From: Podarcis melisellensis
Lineage: Eukaryota
Reading direction: 5' to 3' (one strand)
DNA length: 64,000 nucleotides
Assembly (NCBI GenBank): GCA_964234715.1
Contig: OZ174275.1
A program made the position numbers and the translations under genes. Below the pieces are notes generated by a model. The model made no database searches and had not been told where the DNA came from. It saw only the letters and a list, made by a program, of their open reading frames with translations. Below, piece after piece: positions 12,635-24,721 of this stretch. The first letter of the stretch is position 1, and every line of letters begins with the position of its first letter.

Positions 12635-14977
12635 CTTAGAATTTCTAACACTTGCTGCGCTGTTTCCTTTACTCTCAGTGTTTCCATTTTGTACCACAGT
12701 ATCTGTATTTTTTGTAGCTATTCTCGAACGGTTGCCATCTGCTCTATCGAGAGAGAGCAGCTCAGATACAGAACAACAAAACGAGTCTTCAGTTATTTCT
12801 TCACTGCAGATCAGGATGTTTGGATATTCCTGGGAAACAGAGTTTGCAGGAAGGCAAGTCCGTTCAGTTGATAAACCAACTTTTTCAACTCGTGGGCTTT
12901 GTGGAGGAGGTGAGTTTACTCTGTTTGGAAAACATAGTGCAGGGGGGTTCCTTTGACTATCATCACAGAACAAAACCTGATTTGCATCCAGATCCTCAAG
13001 GCAAGCAGTTGATCCAATTTTCGCCTGCATTAAACTTTTGTTCTGTGCTACATTTATATGTTCATTTGTATCTTTTGCATAGTTTAAGAAAGGAGCATAT
13101 TCTGCATGAACTTTAACCTTTGGCCAAAGCAATTCCTGAACATTGATAGCAAATGCTTTACTAATGAAAGCATCGCCAGCCTCTGAAGTGTGATCCAATG
13201 AGACTTCTTCAATAGTTGACAAATTTGAATTAGGAATGATTTCATTTTGTTGAGCTGGTAGAGTAAACTTGGTAGGAATTGGCAGCTGCTGATCATCATC
13301 TTCATGAAATGGTGCTGCACTCTTTATTTGCCCTTCTGTTTTAGGGCCAATCACACTTTCCTTCTGCTTCTGACAGCAACCCTCTAACCCAGATACCCCT
13401 CTTTGCCCCAAATCCTTCTCCTTCTGTTTAATGCCAAGGGAATTCTTGGGTGATTTGGGGCATGCTTTCTTCTGGGCATTTCTTATTCTGCCACTCTTCT
13501 TTGCACTGAGATGGTTATATTTATGTTTCATTGCAGTGCGCCTCCCAGCTGGAGCAGAGTGCACATTCCTGCAGGAACTGTTTTCACAGCCATTAGGCTC
13601 CCTGGAATATGCTGGAGTTCCAAACATTTCATAAATGCCAGGACCTTTGTCACTTGAATTTATTTCCTTGAACATGTCACTGTACTTCAGGTCTACGAAG
13701 TCTACGGAAGACTGTGCTTGTCTTACAGGAAAAGGAGTGATGGTTTTTCCTGAGCCAGGAAAATGTTTGGAATTGCTGGGGAGCATCTGCTTTGGGGGTT
13801 TCTGACTGCTTTGACCGAAGCGCCTTTTCTCCTGCTGAAGGTGTTTCTTCTGAAGCTTTGAGGAAACCCCAGTCTTTGCATGAGACAATTCTAGTCCTTG
13901 AGAATGAGAAGTGGGATTCTTTACCTTGTTAGCATGGTGTTGGATAGAACTCTTGCCCCAAAGAATAAAATCTTGAGGCATCTTGGTACACACACTAGCC
14001 TTTAGAGCCAAGGTGGTTCTGTTGCTGTTTACTTTAAAATTTTCACTCCCTTTATGAGCAAATACATTGAAGCTGTGGCTTAAGTTAGTTGGCATGCTCT
14101 TTCTTTGAGCAGAGTGTCTAGAAACATGGGAGATCTGATCTGGTTCATGGTTAGATATTGTAATATGGCTAATGGGAGTTGCTTTCATAATATTGCTTTC
14201 AGCAGCTTCAGACACAGTGACGTTTTCCATCATTCCCAGGTTGATTGCTGTACAAATACTGCTTTCAGATTGTTCAAGATCCATCAAAGTATTAGGAATA
14301 GTAATCACTGAAGCATGATGTTCTGTAACCTCTCTTTGCAGACTTGAATCCATATCAGTATTTCCTGCTTCAATATTCATAGTATTTTTTGTATGTTCGT
14401 TTGGATCTGGTTTCACCTCTGATGATTCTGCTTTACTTGGCTGTAGCTTAGGGCTGCCACTCCTCTTTGCAAAATATTTCCCCCAGTTCTTAGCTTTGGA
14501 ACTATCTTGATGTCCCAAAGGAGAACATTCATATTTTTCTGCTGTATGTACTACTTTGCTTTGGCTGTAGTAACCATCAGGATGGTCAAAACTACAGTCT
14601 TTGCTTGTAATACTTAAACTCTCAAAGGTTGCCAAAACCTGATGCATTTCACCACTGGATACTTCATTTCCTATATCTGCTCCATATCTGCTGCACTCAA
14701 ACTGCGGTTCAGTTTCTTGGGCTTTGGAATATCGAAAGGTCATATGACAGTTATCCAGGGTGACTGAGTGTGGATCTCCAAGGACGGTGAAGCCATCTGT
14801 TATAATTTTGTGATTCTGGTCCTCAGACTGAGGGTCAGTATGCTTCGTAGGAATGGAATAGTGGTTCAAAATATTGGGCAGATTATTACAATCAGCATTT
14901 TTCTTGGCTTTGTCTTCTAAAGGAGGAAGCTGCACCATTCTTATAGGATGAAATGCCACTGGTGGTGATAGGTTGAG
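12635..14977 (-). CDS. MAP3K19: MAP3K19 large exon (disordered N-terminal region)
   Basis: inside 830-aa ORF; conserved DLKYSDMFKEINS..GPGIYEMFGTP; donor AAG|gtaatt at 12635 fits phase 0; acceptor 14977 (alternative 14998, same phase). Confidence 0.88.
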
Positions 14978-15540
14978 CTGGAAGTTTAGAAAAACCACCT
15001 ATTAGTGAATCAGTATTGTTTAGGAAATTCTTAAATGAGTTCAAGCATGGATACCACTCAATAAGCGTGGCTGGAAAAACAAGCCAGATGGGTGGGGTAT
15101 TAAATAACAACAACAATAGAGTAGTGCTAATACTCAGTTTTACTTCTTAAGCCTTGCATCACACATATAGTTTAGAATAGAGTCATGTATACAGAATGGA
15201 GTCACCCATGTATACAGACAGTGGGGAAGGGGGAGTGAGTGAGAGGGAGTGAGAGAGAACAGAGGGTGACTCCATTCTAAACTCTTTCTCTCTCTCAACA
15301 ATTTTTCTGCCTTTGTTTTACCCTTTAGTCTTAATATTTGAAAGCAAAATGATATGGATTGGGTTCCAAAGCAGGCTTGTGGCAAGAGTTTTGTACTACC
15401 TTTCTTTGTTTTATTTCTTCCTATGTTCTTTTTTATGTTCTGCTAAGACTGGAAATTAACTGTATTTGTCTTATTGTTTGTATTATATATTATAATTTTG
15501 CTAGAACATAATTAGCCAAAACTTTGTATTGTGAATTGAC

Positions 15541-15629
15541 CTGACTTTTGTCTTCTTTGCCAGCCATCTGGCATATAGGGTTGCTGCCTCCTGCAGCATT
15601 ATCTTTGTGCTTTAACAGTACAACGTAAT
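15541..15629 (-). CDS. MAP3K19: candidate MAP3K19 second coding exon
   Basis: ctgcag|AT...CAG|gtcaat, open frame YVVLLKHKDNAAGGSNPICQMAGKEDKSQ, phases 1/0 fit; donor weak. Confidence 0.4.
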
Positions 15630-15991
15630 CTGCAGTATAATACTTGGGTGGTTATACCATAGACAAGTTATTGATCTATCTTGCCTGCTGCTGATTCATC
15701 GTAACATAGAGGTTCTTGATAAGCCATAAACTTTCCTTGAATCTAGCCCTTCAGAGATGCAAAAGCATGTCTGCACCATGACATTATGCTCAGTCACTTT
15801 TATGAGGAGAGGAAGTGAGACAGGAAATTATTAAGTATAGGAAATTAGCCTATTCCCTTCTCTTGAGATAACTGTCACAATGTTGCTAATTAAAAAAAGA
15901 AAACACCAACTATGGAACTTTATTCCAATCAGATGATTGAAATAATTGGCTAAATAAAGAGAAAAATAGATTAACATGTATGCTTACTTAC

Positions 15992-16073
15992 AAAAGTATT
16001 TGAAGTCATCTGGCTCTCTTACTTGTATTAACTGGGGCTGGGGCATCATCCGCACTCTGTCTGCAGATGACAT
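15992..16073 (-). CDS. MAP3K19: candidate MAP3K19 first coding exon
   Basis: ATG 16073, MSSADRVRMMPQPQLIQVREPDDFKYF, T|gtaagt donor; loosely resembles human MSSMPKPE start. Confidence 0.45.
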
Positions 16074-16284
16074 CTGTTTTCCCTACATATGGTGATCAAC
16101 TACACAAAGAGCTTTCTAATTACTATGGTTACCCAGAGCAGTGCATCCTCCTCTTTTCAGAGGAAAGCCACTAACCCTACAGTGTCATTTAATTGTATCA
16201 TTACATGAAAGGAGGTTGCAGATTACAGGTGGTAACAATTATTTCTTAATTAAAAAAAACAAACTTTTAAAATTATAAAACAAT

Positions 16285-16370
16285 ATGCTGGGGGCACTCA
16301 TTAGGAGTGTATGCTGATGACACCCAGATCTATTTCTCTGTAACAGCTGAATCAGAAAATGTCATGAATG
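16285..16370 (+). mobile_element. degraded L2/CR1-clade LINE RT fragment
   Basis: 16310-16333 encodes YADDTQIY. Confidence 0.6.
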
Positions 16371-16706
16371 TGATCTACTGAATTAAACTCATCTTTAAGA
16401 TTTTCTGAGGATATCCTGCTGGTTATTACATGACCAGTAGATTGTCCCTTGGTGACCATATTGAAGTTGGTCTTCTAAGCTCACCCTCTGGAATGCACTT
16501 CCTTGGGCAAAGGCAGTAATAACTTTCACCCACTCCTTAAAAGCTTGTATGTTTACCGACACTTTACTGGACTTTGACTCTTAATATGTTTGACTATGAC
16601 TCTTCAAAGTCAGTAGTCTTTAACTTGTCAAGAGCAAGGACTCACTCAAGATTCACACCTGGCATAACAACATGGACATGCATCCATGAGCCCCATGAAC
16701 TGAGGG

Positions 16707-16763
16707 AAGAGAGGAGCTTTGTGATGAAGAGCTTTGTGATGAAGAGGAGCTTTGTGATGAAGA
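16707..16763. repeat. short tandem repeat, 3 x GAAGA(GGA)GCTTTGTGAT
   Basis: direct reading. Confidence 0.85.
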
Positions 16764-17285
16764 ATGAAGTCCATATATCCAGAGTGAAGGTTAAAGGGAC
16801 AGAGCCCATTCATTTGGTGGTGGAGCGAAATATGAGGAAGAAAGCATTATGTTCAAGTATGCTGGTCTTCAACTCATTTATAAATCCCTGCCACCAACCG
16901 ATGCATAATATGAATTTAGCCCAACATTGATTATTCTTATACAAATTGGACTCCCAATCGTGTCATTAACACAAAAAGTGCAAAATTCAATTAGCTAATA
17001 TCACTGCAGTAAAATGTGCTCATATCATCTGTAACCCACTGAACTTCATATGCGAAAAAGAGGAAACAAAATAAAAAATGAAGTAACACTGTGGTTCTGG
17101 CTTACCTGCAATTTGCTTCTCCCAACAATGACACTCCAAGCATGTTAGCTTATAGTTGCCCAGGTGTATGGGACTCCCAATGTTCTTGGCCTTGACTGCA
17201 GAGCCCACTGAATGATTTCTGCTTCAGTCTCCCTACCCCCATCCCATGTACAGAGCTACATTCAGACTGTTTTAGTTTACAGGCT

Positions 17286-17299
17286 GTCGCCAAGGCAAC
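17286..17299. promoter_or_regulatory. RFX X-box, candidate MAP3K19 promoter
   Basis: GTCGCCAAGGCAAC matches GTNRCC-NN-RGYAAC; strong minus-strand donor CAG|gtaag at 17106 downstream. Confidence 0.65.
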
Positions 17300-18149
17300 T
17301 CTCCTTGGGGCATTTTGTATGGTGAATTGCCAGTCAAGCAGACTCAGCTGGCTGGGAAAACAAATGTAAGAAACCCACATCTCCAACTGATTTGCTCCAC
17401 CAGCGCAAACACTCTCTGGGTTGGAGCCAAAGTAAACTACAATTTTTTTGCAGCACTTCAGAGGTGCACCACGCTCATCTTACGCTCTGTTCTTCTATTT
17501 TACAAATGACAATCAAATGCTGAAATGCGGCAGCAAAGGGCCACCCAGGTCCCAGGCAATTTGTCAGGGCGGGGATGGATGTAAGGTAAACCTGGCTTTA
17601 TGAACAAATCTCTCCCATGATTTTTTTTTTAATTAACCAGGGCTTCGCCTGCACTTCATAATTTCTGAGTGCACCCACATGATGATGATGATAACAATAA
17701 TCCATGACAAAATGGTTCTCCATACCAAAACTAAAACAAACCAAGTCAGAATGAAACCTTCAGTGTAAAAATCTTAACATTTCAGGAGAAATTCAGGAGA
17801 CCCAGAATCACAACAACAGGGCGCTTCGGCTTTGAAGTCGGTGTGGCGAACCACAGCGAGGGGGGGAGGACCCGATATCTTTCCTTAGGCAAGATACCCC
17901 TCTCCCTTTTTCATTTCTCTTTTGACAAGAGACCCCGCTCGGGATACCCCACTCGCTGCTGGCCGTCCTGATAAGTCACACCGCGCAAGCTCCGCCCACC
18001 CGGGAGCCTCTCCTCGCCTCGCCTCTTCCCCTACGTTCCTCCCTTCTCCCCCTCTGTGCGCGTGCGTGTGTTGTTATTGTGCCTCTTCCTCGCTCCCGTC
18101 ATCCCTTTCAGGAAGCTGCGCCGTCCTGCAGGCCGGTGGCTGGCTCAAG

Positions 18150-18167
18150 ATGGCGGCCGACAGTGAG
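18150..18167 (+). CDS. RAB3GAP1: RAB3GAP1 exon 1 (MAADSE)
   Basis: aagATGG Kozak, GAG|gtgagt. Confidence 0.93.
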
Positions 18168-18314
18168 GTGAGTCCTCCTTCGGAGCGCCCTCCCCACCCC
18201 CTCCCGCCGCCTCTAAGCAAAGAGGGGGGTGACGCTCCGCGGGTCGCCCCTCTTCACCCCTCTCCGTCCACACCCGCCCTTCAGCGCCTCACTCGTCTTC
18301 TTTCCCCCCCGCAG

Positions 18315-18370
18315 CCGGAGTCCGAAGTGTTCGAAATCACCGATTTCACCACCGCCTCCGAGTGGGAGAG
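18315..18370 (+). CDS. RAB3GAP1: RAB3GAP1 exon 2
   Basis: PESEVFEITDFTTASEWER; canonical splice sites. Confidence 0.95.
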
Positions 18371-18555
18371 GTAGGTATCGCTCTTCGCGGCGGGGCCGCC
18401 TCCTCCTCCTTCGTGGACCCTCCTTCGCTGCCGGCCCCCCTTTTTTTAATGAACTGCCTCCCTTCTTTCTCGAGTTGTCTCTTCCCGTCCCGTTTCCTAC
18501 TTTGCCCTTTGCGGAGCTGCGTTGGGGTTGTGTGTTTGACAGTAGAGGAGAAGGG

Positions 18556-18575
18556 TGTGTGTGTGTGTGTGTGTG
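18556..18575. repeat. (GT)n microsatellite
   Basis: direct reading. Confidence 0.85.
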
Positions 18576-19014
18576 CAAGGTCCAGCTGCTCTGGGCGAAT
18601 TTGGGGAGAGGAAGAGGCAGGGGGGAGACTCCCAGTGACAACACCTGGAGGGAGCTCCCCTCTTGTTTTGGGGTGGCGGGACGTCTTAAGAATTGGGGAG
18701 AGGGAGAATGCACCTGAAAGGTGGCTGCTGGGTCGATAACCCACTACCCCATAATAATATTCCATGTTGCCAGAAAGGGCTCTTCTGCAGCCTGTCCCTG
18801 GCCCCAGGAATGTTGTCAAATCTGTTCCACAGATGGACTGAAAGGCAAGTTTGCCTAGCAATGTGGTTTTGTTTTTTTAACCTGCCTTCCTGTCTGCTAC
18901 TTGTTTCTATGGCAAGTGAGCTAGGCCTGAAAATGGTTCATGCTGGGTGAATGGGTAACTGCATAACTTCAAACCCATCCACGAAGAACCCAAAATATAA
19001 AAGGGTTGATGGCA

Positions 19015-20030
19015 TGGTGGTTGATCTCTCAGCAGCTTTTGATCCTGTTGGCCCTGACCATCTGATCAAGATCATTTGCATTGGAAGCTGTGGGTTGTGC
19101 TGGGTGTGACTGTGCTTCAGGTAGATTCCAGGCAGACTTAGCTCAGAGACTTATTAAACCAAAAAGTATTGATGTAGGCAAACCCATATAAGAAAGTAAA
19201 ATAAAATGGAAACTACCTCCATTGCTAGTAAAATAATCTGAGATGGGGGGGGGGGTGCATTGACAACCCATGTATTGGGGATGCGGGCCAGAAAGGAAAG
19301 GAAGAGGGTACTTGTGACAACTGTCTGGCCAACCAGCTCATGGTTGGCCCCAACTTTAAAAGAAGTGAGGCTTGGCACATTTATTGGAGCAGCCTCCAGT
19401 GTGTGCACAGGGCATTTAGGGGTGAAGGTAATCCTGCCCACAGCCCTGACCATAACACACAAATAGATGCAGCAGATCGAATCGCACTAATCTTCCAGCG
19501 GCTTAATTACCTCGGTGTGAGAGTTTTCTCCTTGATGTGTGGAGCTTGATTAATTCTAAGCATCTAGGTGGATTTGGATTCTAAGCACCTAGGTTTCTGT
19601 TAGCTTGTAAACAGCCATGGTCATCCTGTTGTATTATCTGCATTAGGGAAAGATAGGTAAGAGTGCCTTCTTTTATTGTTGAACTCTCAGCAGCTTTTGA
19701 TACTGTTGGCCCTGATATTCTTCAAGATTCTGTGTTGGAAGCTGAGGTTTGTGCTTTAGGATTCCAGGCAGGTAGTGTAAGGAGACTGTTGTTTCTCTTC
19801 ATGGGAATTATCCTCTGAGGTTCTCCAGATTTCAGTATTGCTTTTTATGCTGGGTGCAGTTGGCTTGAGGTTTGGAGAGTGGTTCCATTAATGTTTCTGA
19901 TGACACTTGGCTCCATTTCTCCTTTTCATCAGATGAAAGTGGAGCTTTGACCTCGCTTAACAAAAGCCATGAATGTGTAATGGACTTTACAAAGGTGAAT
20001 AAACTGAAGTTTATTCCAGACAGACAATAT
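19015..20030 (+). mobile_element. degraded L2-type LINE RT remnants (partly duplicated, interrupted)
   Basis: DLSAAFD at 19023, ELSAAFDTV at 19681, SDDT ~19896, NKLKFIPD ~19998. Confidence 0.65.
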
Positions 20031-20773
20031 AATAGTCAAACAGTCTGATCAGAAAATGTCTGCAATCACTTTCAGCTGGTTTAGAATTTGCTTATGGGTT
20101 TTAGCTGTCATGAACTTAAAACATTTCTTAAGATTTTTTTCATTGGCAGCGAGTCTGTTTCCTTGTTCAATTCAAGATGCTGACCTTGACTTTTTAAAAA
20201 CCCTAAATGGTCTCTTGGGGAGCACCTTCCTCTATTTGTTCAAAACGTGTTTTCATTATCAGTGTATTGTAGAGTATCTCCTGCATTTTGTTAGGGGTTG
20301 GGCCAGAATATCTCCAAAGGCTCTTCCAGCTCTAAAATGATCTACCTTGGGAACTGCTGTATACGAAATAATAATAATAATTATATATATATAGAGAGAG
20401 AGGGATAGATATATAGATATAAAATATGCTAGTGAATGTGCTGGTGATGCTCTACTAAAATTGATTTGTGTCTGTATGTATATATGTGTGAGAGGGAGAG
20501 AGAGAGAGATGGTCTCCTGAATATCTGTTGTTTTACAGCACAATCCTATAATGTCTACTCGGAAGTAAGTCCTATTAAATTCATTGTACTGTACTTACTT
20601 GCAGGTAAGTAGATATAAGATTATAGCCTAAAGCTGCCACTGTTAAATTGTGCTAATAATCAGCCATGAAAAGTTTTAAGGCCCTTATGTTTTAATATTC
20701 ATTTTTATGGCTATGAGTTATATAATATAAGCATTGCATGACGTTAGTTCTATATCATAACTTTCCTTGTTAG

Positions 20774-20849
20774 ATTTATTTCCAGAGTTGAGGAAGTTTT
20801 GAATGACTGGAAACTTATTGGCATTTCTTCAGGCAAAGTTTTGGAAAAG
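20774..20849 (+). CDS. RAB3GAP1: RAB3GAP1 exon 3
   Basis: FISRVEEVLNDWKLIGISSGKVLEK. Confidence 0.93.
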
Positions 20850-21458
20850 GTAAGATTGCCTTTTGAACTGTTCGGTGAAAATATAAACCATTAGTCCCAT
20901 TCTATGACATCATTATTTAGAAACTTAACAATTTTGGCAGAATTCCTCCAGCAGTTTACAAACTTATAAAATCAAAATACAATAAAGTACAAATAAAGAT
21001 CAGGATACAATAAATATAAACCTCCTACTTAAACCACCTAGTCAGTAGCTAAGTGGGATAATACTTGCAAACATCTAAATATCCTGTGTAAGAAGCTCAG
21101 TTTATAGGATACATTTGAAGCATCCAGACTAGAGGATTGGTGCTACAACAGAAAAGGCTTGTTTCTGAAAGAGGTTTCTGGATGACCTTCTGCTGGTTGC
21201 AGTGTTTCCAGCAGAGGCTCCTTTGGTTATCATAAAAGTTAATTTGGCCTATAAAAGGTGGTCTGTTAGGTATCCTGGTCTCAAGTTATTCAGGGATTTA
21301 TATATGAGTAACACCTTGCAGAATTCCTTTATATGAAACTTATTTAAAACACTTTCTATTTGTAATAGTGGAATTGCATTCAGAGATGTGTAATGATGTT
21401 ATATTGCAAATAATTTTGCCCATACATAACTAATGTTTCTGCCCTATTTGATATTCAG

Positions 21459-21591
21459 GGTGTATATACCACTGAAACATGGGAGGAGAAATCCGATGAG
21501 ATTGCTTTTGCTGATTTCCGATTCTCAGTGACACATCATTATCTTGTGCAAGACTCCAGTGACAAGGATGCAAAAGAGGAACAAGTAGAAG
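21459..21591 (+). CDS. RAB3GAP1: RAB3GAP1 exon 4
   Basis: GVYTTETWEEKSDEIAFADFRFSVTHHYLVQ. Confidence 0.93.
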
Positions 21592-22416
21592 GTAGTTACG
21601 TTTTCCATCACCCAAATATTTTTGAATCTTTACTATTTTATTTTGTGGCATTATATTATATTGTGTTGTTACTGAATGTTGTTGTTGGCATACATCTCTC
21701 TTTCTTGAGAGAGAGAGAGAGAGAGAGGGAGGGATGGATAATGGAGTGTATCTCCAGGGGTGAAAACAAATTGATGTGTTAGCAGCATCAAAGTGACCTC
21801 CCCCAAGACGCAAGCCTGGGTACTGTGTATGGAGATCCTGGGCTGCACAGCTGACAGAACCCTACTGTCTCACTGATGTGGTCCTAAGGAAAGCAGAGCA
21901 ATATGTTCGGCTTCTTCACTGCAGGAATTGCCAGGAGGAGGTGTACGAGGTGCCATCCAATCGTCTTAGCGACTCTTCTCTAGTTTTGTGTAGGGTTTAC
22001 TTAGCCTTTTCTTCTCCCCAAGAGAGCCTGCCAGGCAGCAGAGGTTTTGGTTCAGAGTTTTGCTTCTCCTAGATGAGCTACCTTCCCAGGTTGACGAGCC
22101 CCATCTGCCTCTTGTTATTACTAATCTATAAATATTGTGATGAATAATGCGTTATTGAATTGGTCACTTTTTCGTGGTCTAATATCAGTGGTCTAATTTT
22201 CACTATATTTTAAAGTTGATATAATAGGGTGATGCAATTTGAATTTGGGCATATAATCCTCCTTTCCAGTTGGTTGAGATAGATTAAAAGATCTTACCTT
22301 CTATGCATACTGCTTCTAATAAAGAGCAGAATATTTTATGAAAAAAGAAAGCTTTCTGAAATCACTTTTTAAAAAAACAAATGTTCATTGGAGGAAACAA
22401 TTCAAATACCCTAGGG

Positions 22417-23117
22417 CGGGGGTCAGCAAACTAAAGTCCGCTGGCCGGATAAGGCCCGAGGGGCTCTTTAATCCGGCGCGAGGACCCTGCCCTAGGACCT
22501 TGCCACCCGCTCGGCCAGTCCCCGCGCTAAACCGGCTAGGCGACTGACTTCCGTGATGGGCATGCGATCGGCTTTGGATTGGCTCCAGGAAGCTCCCACA
22601 GCCAATCCGAAGCTGCGGACACCTCTGAGCAGGCAGTGACGCTGGCCAATCCAAAGCCTTGCCGCCCGTGTGCTGGGGAAACCCGGCTCAGCTTTGGATT
22701 GGCTCCAGGAAGCTCCCACAGCCAATCTGAAGCCGTGGACACCTCTGGGCGGGCGGCAACACTGGCCAATCTGAAGCTGCACTGGGCTTCCTCAGCACAC
22801 AGGCGGCAAGGCTTCGGATTGGCCAGCATCACGGCCATAGACAGAGAGGCTGGCGGGTGCTTCGCAGGGCTTCAGCCAGAGCTTGGTGTGCCTGCTGGCC
22901 CCACGCCTGGCGCCTGGGAAAGCTCTCCCAGAAACGAGAGGTGCCGCTGCCGGCTCCTAACTGCCACTGGAGGAGGTAGGAAAGCAGGGGGAGGGAGTGG
23001 GGGAGAGAGAGAAGCCCCCTGCTGGTGTGTGTGTGTGCGCGTGCGTGTGTGGTCTAGCCCACCAGAAGATTTGAGGAACAGTGAGCTGGCCTGCTGGTAG
23101 AAGTTTGCTGACCCCTG
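22417..23117. mobile_element. non-autonomous hAT element with internal 120-bp tandem repeats
   Basis: TIR C(G/A)GGGGTCAGCAAACT, 8-bp TSD ccctaggg/ctgtaggg, GC/CpG-rich. Confidence 0.85.
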
Positions 23118-23517
23118 CTGTAGGGAATGATGCTAAATGTTACTTTAAATACTGACTGGTTCCTGTTGTTCAAGTCTCACAGGTGTGATAAAACAATACT
23201 CCACTTAAGTAATATTACTTGTGTACTTTGTAACACATTCATGATAACATGTACATTTAGGAGTTTGTCTCAGTGACACTTTTGAGTAAATATGGATTGA
23301 ATTAGACTGCTCGGTTTTTCTATTCTTATCGCATATGGTAGCTTTAATAATGTATCTGGTAATTTTATTCTTGTTTTTATTATTTACTTCTGTGGCTTGG
23401 ACCCAGACTGGCTATATCTTCTCTTGGATGAAATAATTAAATTGATTAGCATATTTGATGCGTAGATGTTTAGTTTGTATTATCTGAACTCTTTCATTAT
23501 TCTGAATGGCTTTACAG

Positions 23518-23596
23518 ATATTATTCCAGTTGCTATGCAAGACCTTCTGTGCATGAACAATGATTTTCCTCCCAGAGCTCATTGTCTAGTGAGATG
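23518..23596 (+). CDS. RAB3GAP1: RAB3GAP1 exon 5
   Basis: IIPVAMQDLLCMNNDFPPRAHCLVRW. Confidence 0.93.
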
Positions 23597-24288
23597 GTAT
23601 GTCTGCTATTTTAAAGCATTACATTACGTATAGCTACATTATAGTCACAGCATATAAAATTTATGATGTACTGACTAGTACACAGAATAGTGATATGTGA
23701 ACAAGCCTGGGTGAACCTCAAACTCTTTGCATCCCTGTGGTGTGACCTTGACAAGGAAGCTTTCACTTTTATTTTTAAGTAAATACAGTTTGGTGTTACA
23801 CTTGAAATCAAACTGTACTTAGTCTTAACTGTAGTTTAATTAAACAAGCTGACTTCAAACCATAGTTTATGAAGTTTGGACTTTTCAGTTAACCGCAGTT
23901 TAGGGTTCAGTCATAACTGTAGTTGCAAAACTGGAAGCAAACGATTCCAATTTAGTCCTTGCAGCTGTGTTGGAGGAGAAGTGTGGGGAAAAGTGAGAGT
24001 AGTGCTCATTCAAGTTTATTCACATAATTCTAAAGCTTAGCTTAGTATTATGTCTGAACAAGGTTGATGCTTCTGACATATGCTCAGTGTTTATTATTCA
24101 TTAAACTACATCAAACTTTAATCTTAGTTTGCTTCAACCATATTTTTAGTGAATATAAACTAAGCAGTTTGAGAGAGATTAGATGTTTCACACTTGAGTA
24201 ACATTGAAAGACATATATGTGCATTTTATTATAGGCTTTAATATTTGTAATCTGTAATTATCTGAAAGCATTATTGTTTTTATTCTAG

Positions 24289-24408
24289 GTATGGATTGCG
24301 TGAATTTGTAGTCATTGCACCAGCAGCAAATAATGATGCCGTTCTTAGTGAATCTAAATGTAACCTCCTTCTTAGTTCAATTTCTATTGCATTGGGGAAC
24401 ACAGGCTG
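24289..24408 (+). CDS. RAB3GAP1: RAB3GAP1 exon 6
   Basis: YGLREFVVIAPAANNDAVLSESKCNLLLSSISIALGNTGC. Confidence 0.94.
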
Positions 24409-24721
24409 GTAAGTAAGGGTCCACATCATGCACATTCATCTCATGCACATAGCATGAAACCACGGATTGCATGTGAACTGGGCAAATGTGTACATTCCAC
24501 AGAATAGACTGTTACATAGTCTTTGTGTGTTTAAAACTTTGTGTTGTTTGATATGGCTATATGTTCTAAAATAATAAATCTCAAGCACAGTTTGGGCTGT
24601 TTGCTAAAAGCTTAGGATGAATTGATACTTGCCATGGTGAATAGTAAAGGCTAACAGCTCTGTGTTTCCTAGGCTCTAGACGACTTAAAACACTTTTGTA
24701 GCTCTTCTGAATATTTTGCAG

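Larger units (their letters stand above)
17820..18520. promoter_or_regulatory. CpG island / RAB3GAP1 promoter, head-to-head with MAP3K19
   Basis: high GC/CpG; GC box ~17990, NRF1-like TGCGCGTGCG 18057, ETS CAGGAAG ~18109, YY1 CAAGATGGCGGC 18146-18157 over the ATG. Confidence 0.85.

Noticed and set aside
18213-18950. Several overlapping 85-171 aa ORFs
   Set aside because: By-product of CpG island and (GT)n; no recognisable protein
22385-23100. ORFs up to 173 aa with repeated peptides; superficially CRISPR-like repeats
   Set aside because: Internal tandem repeats of a hAT element; no unique spacers, eukaryotic locus
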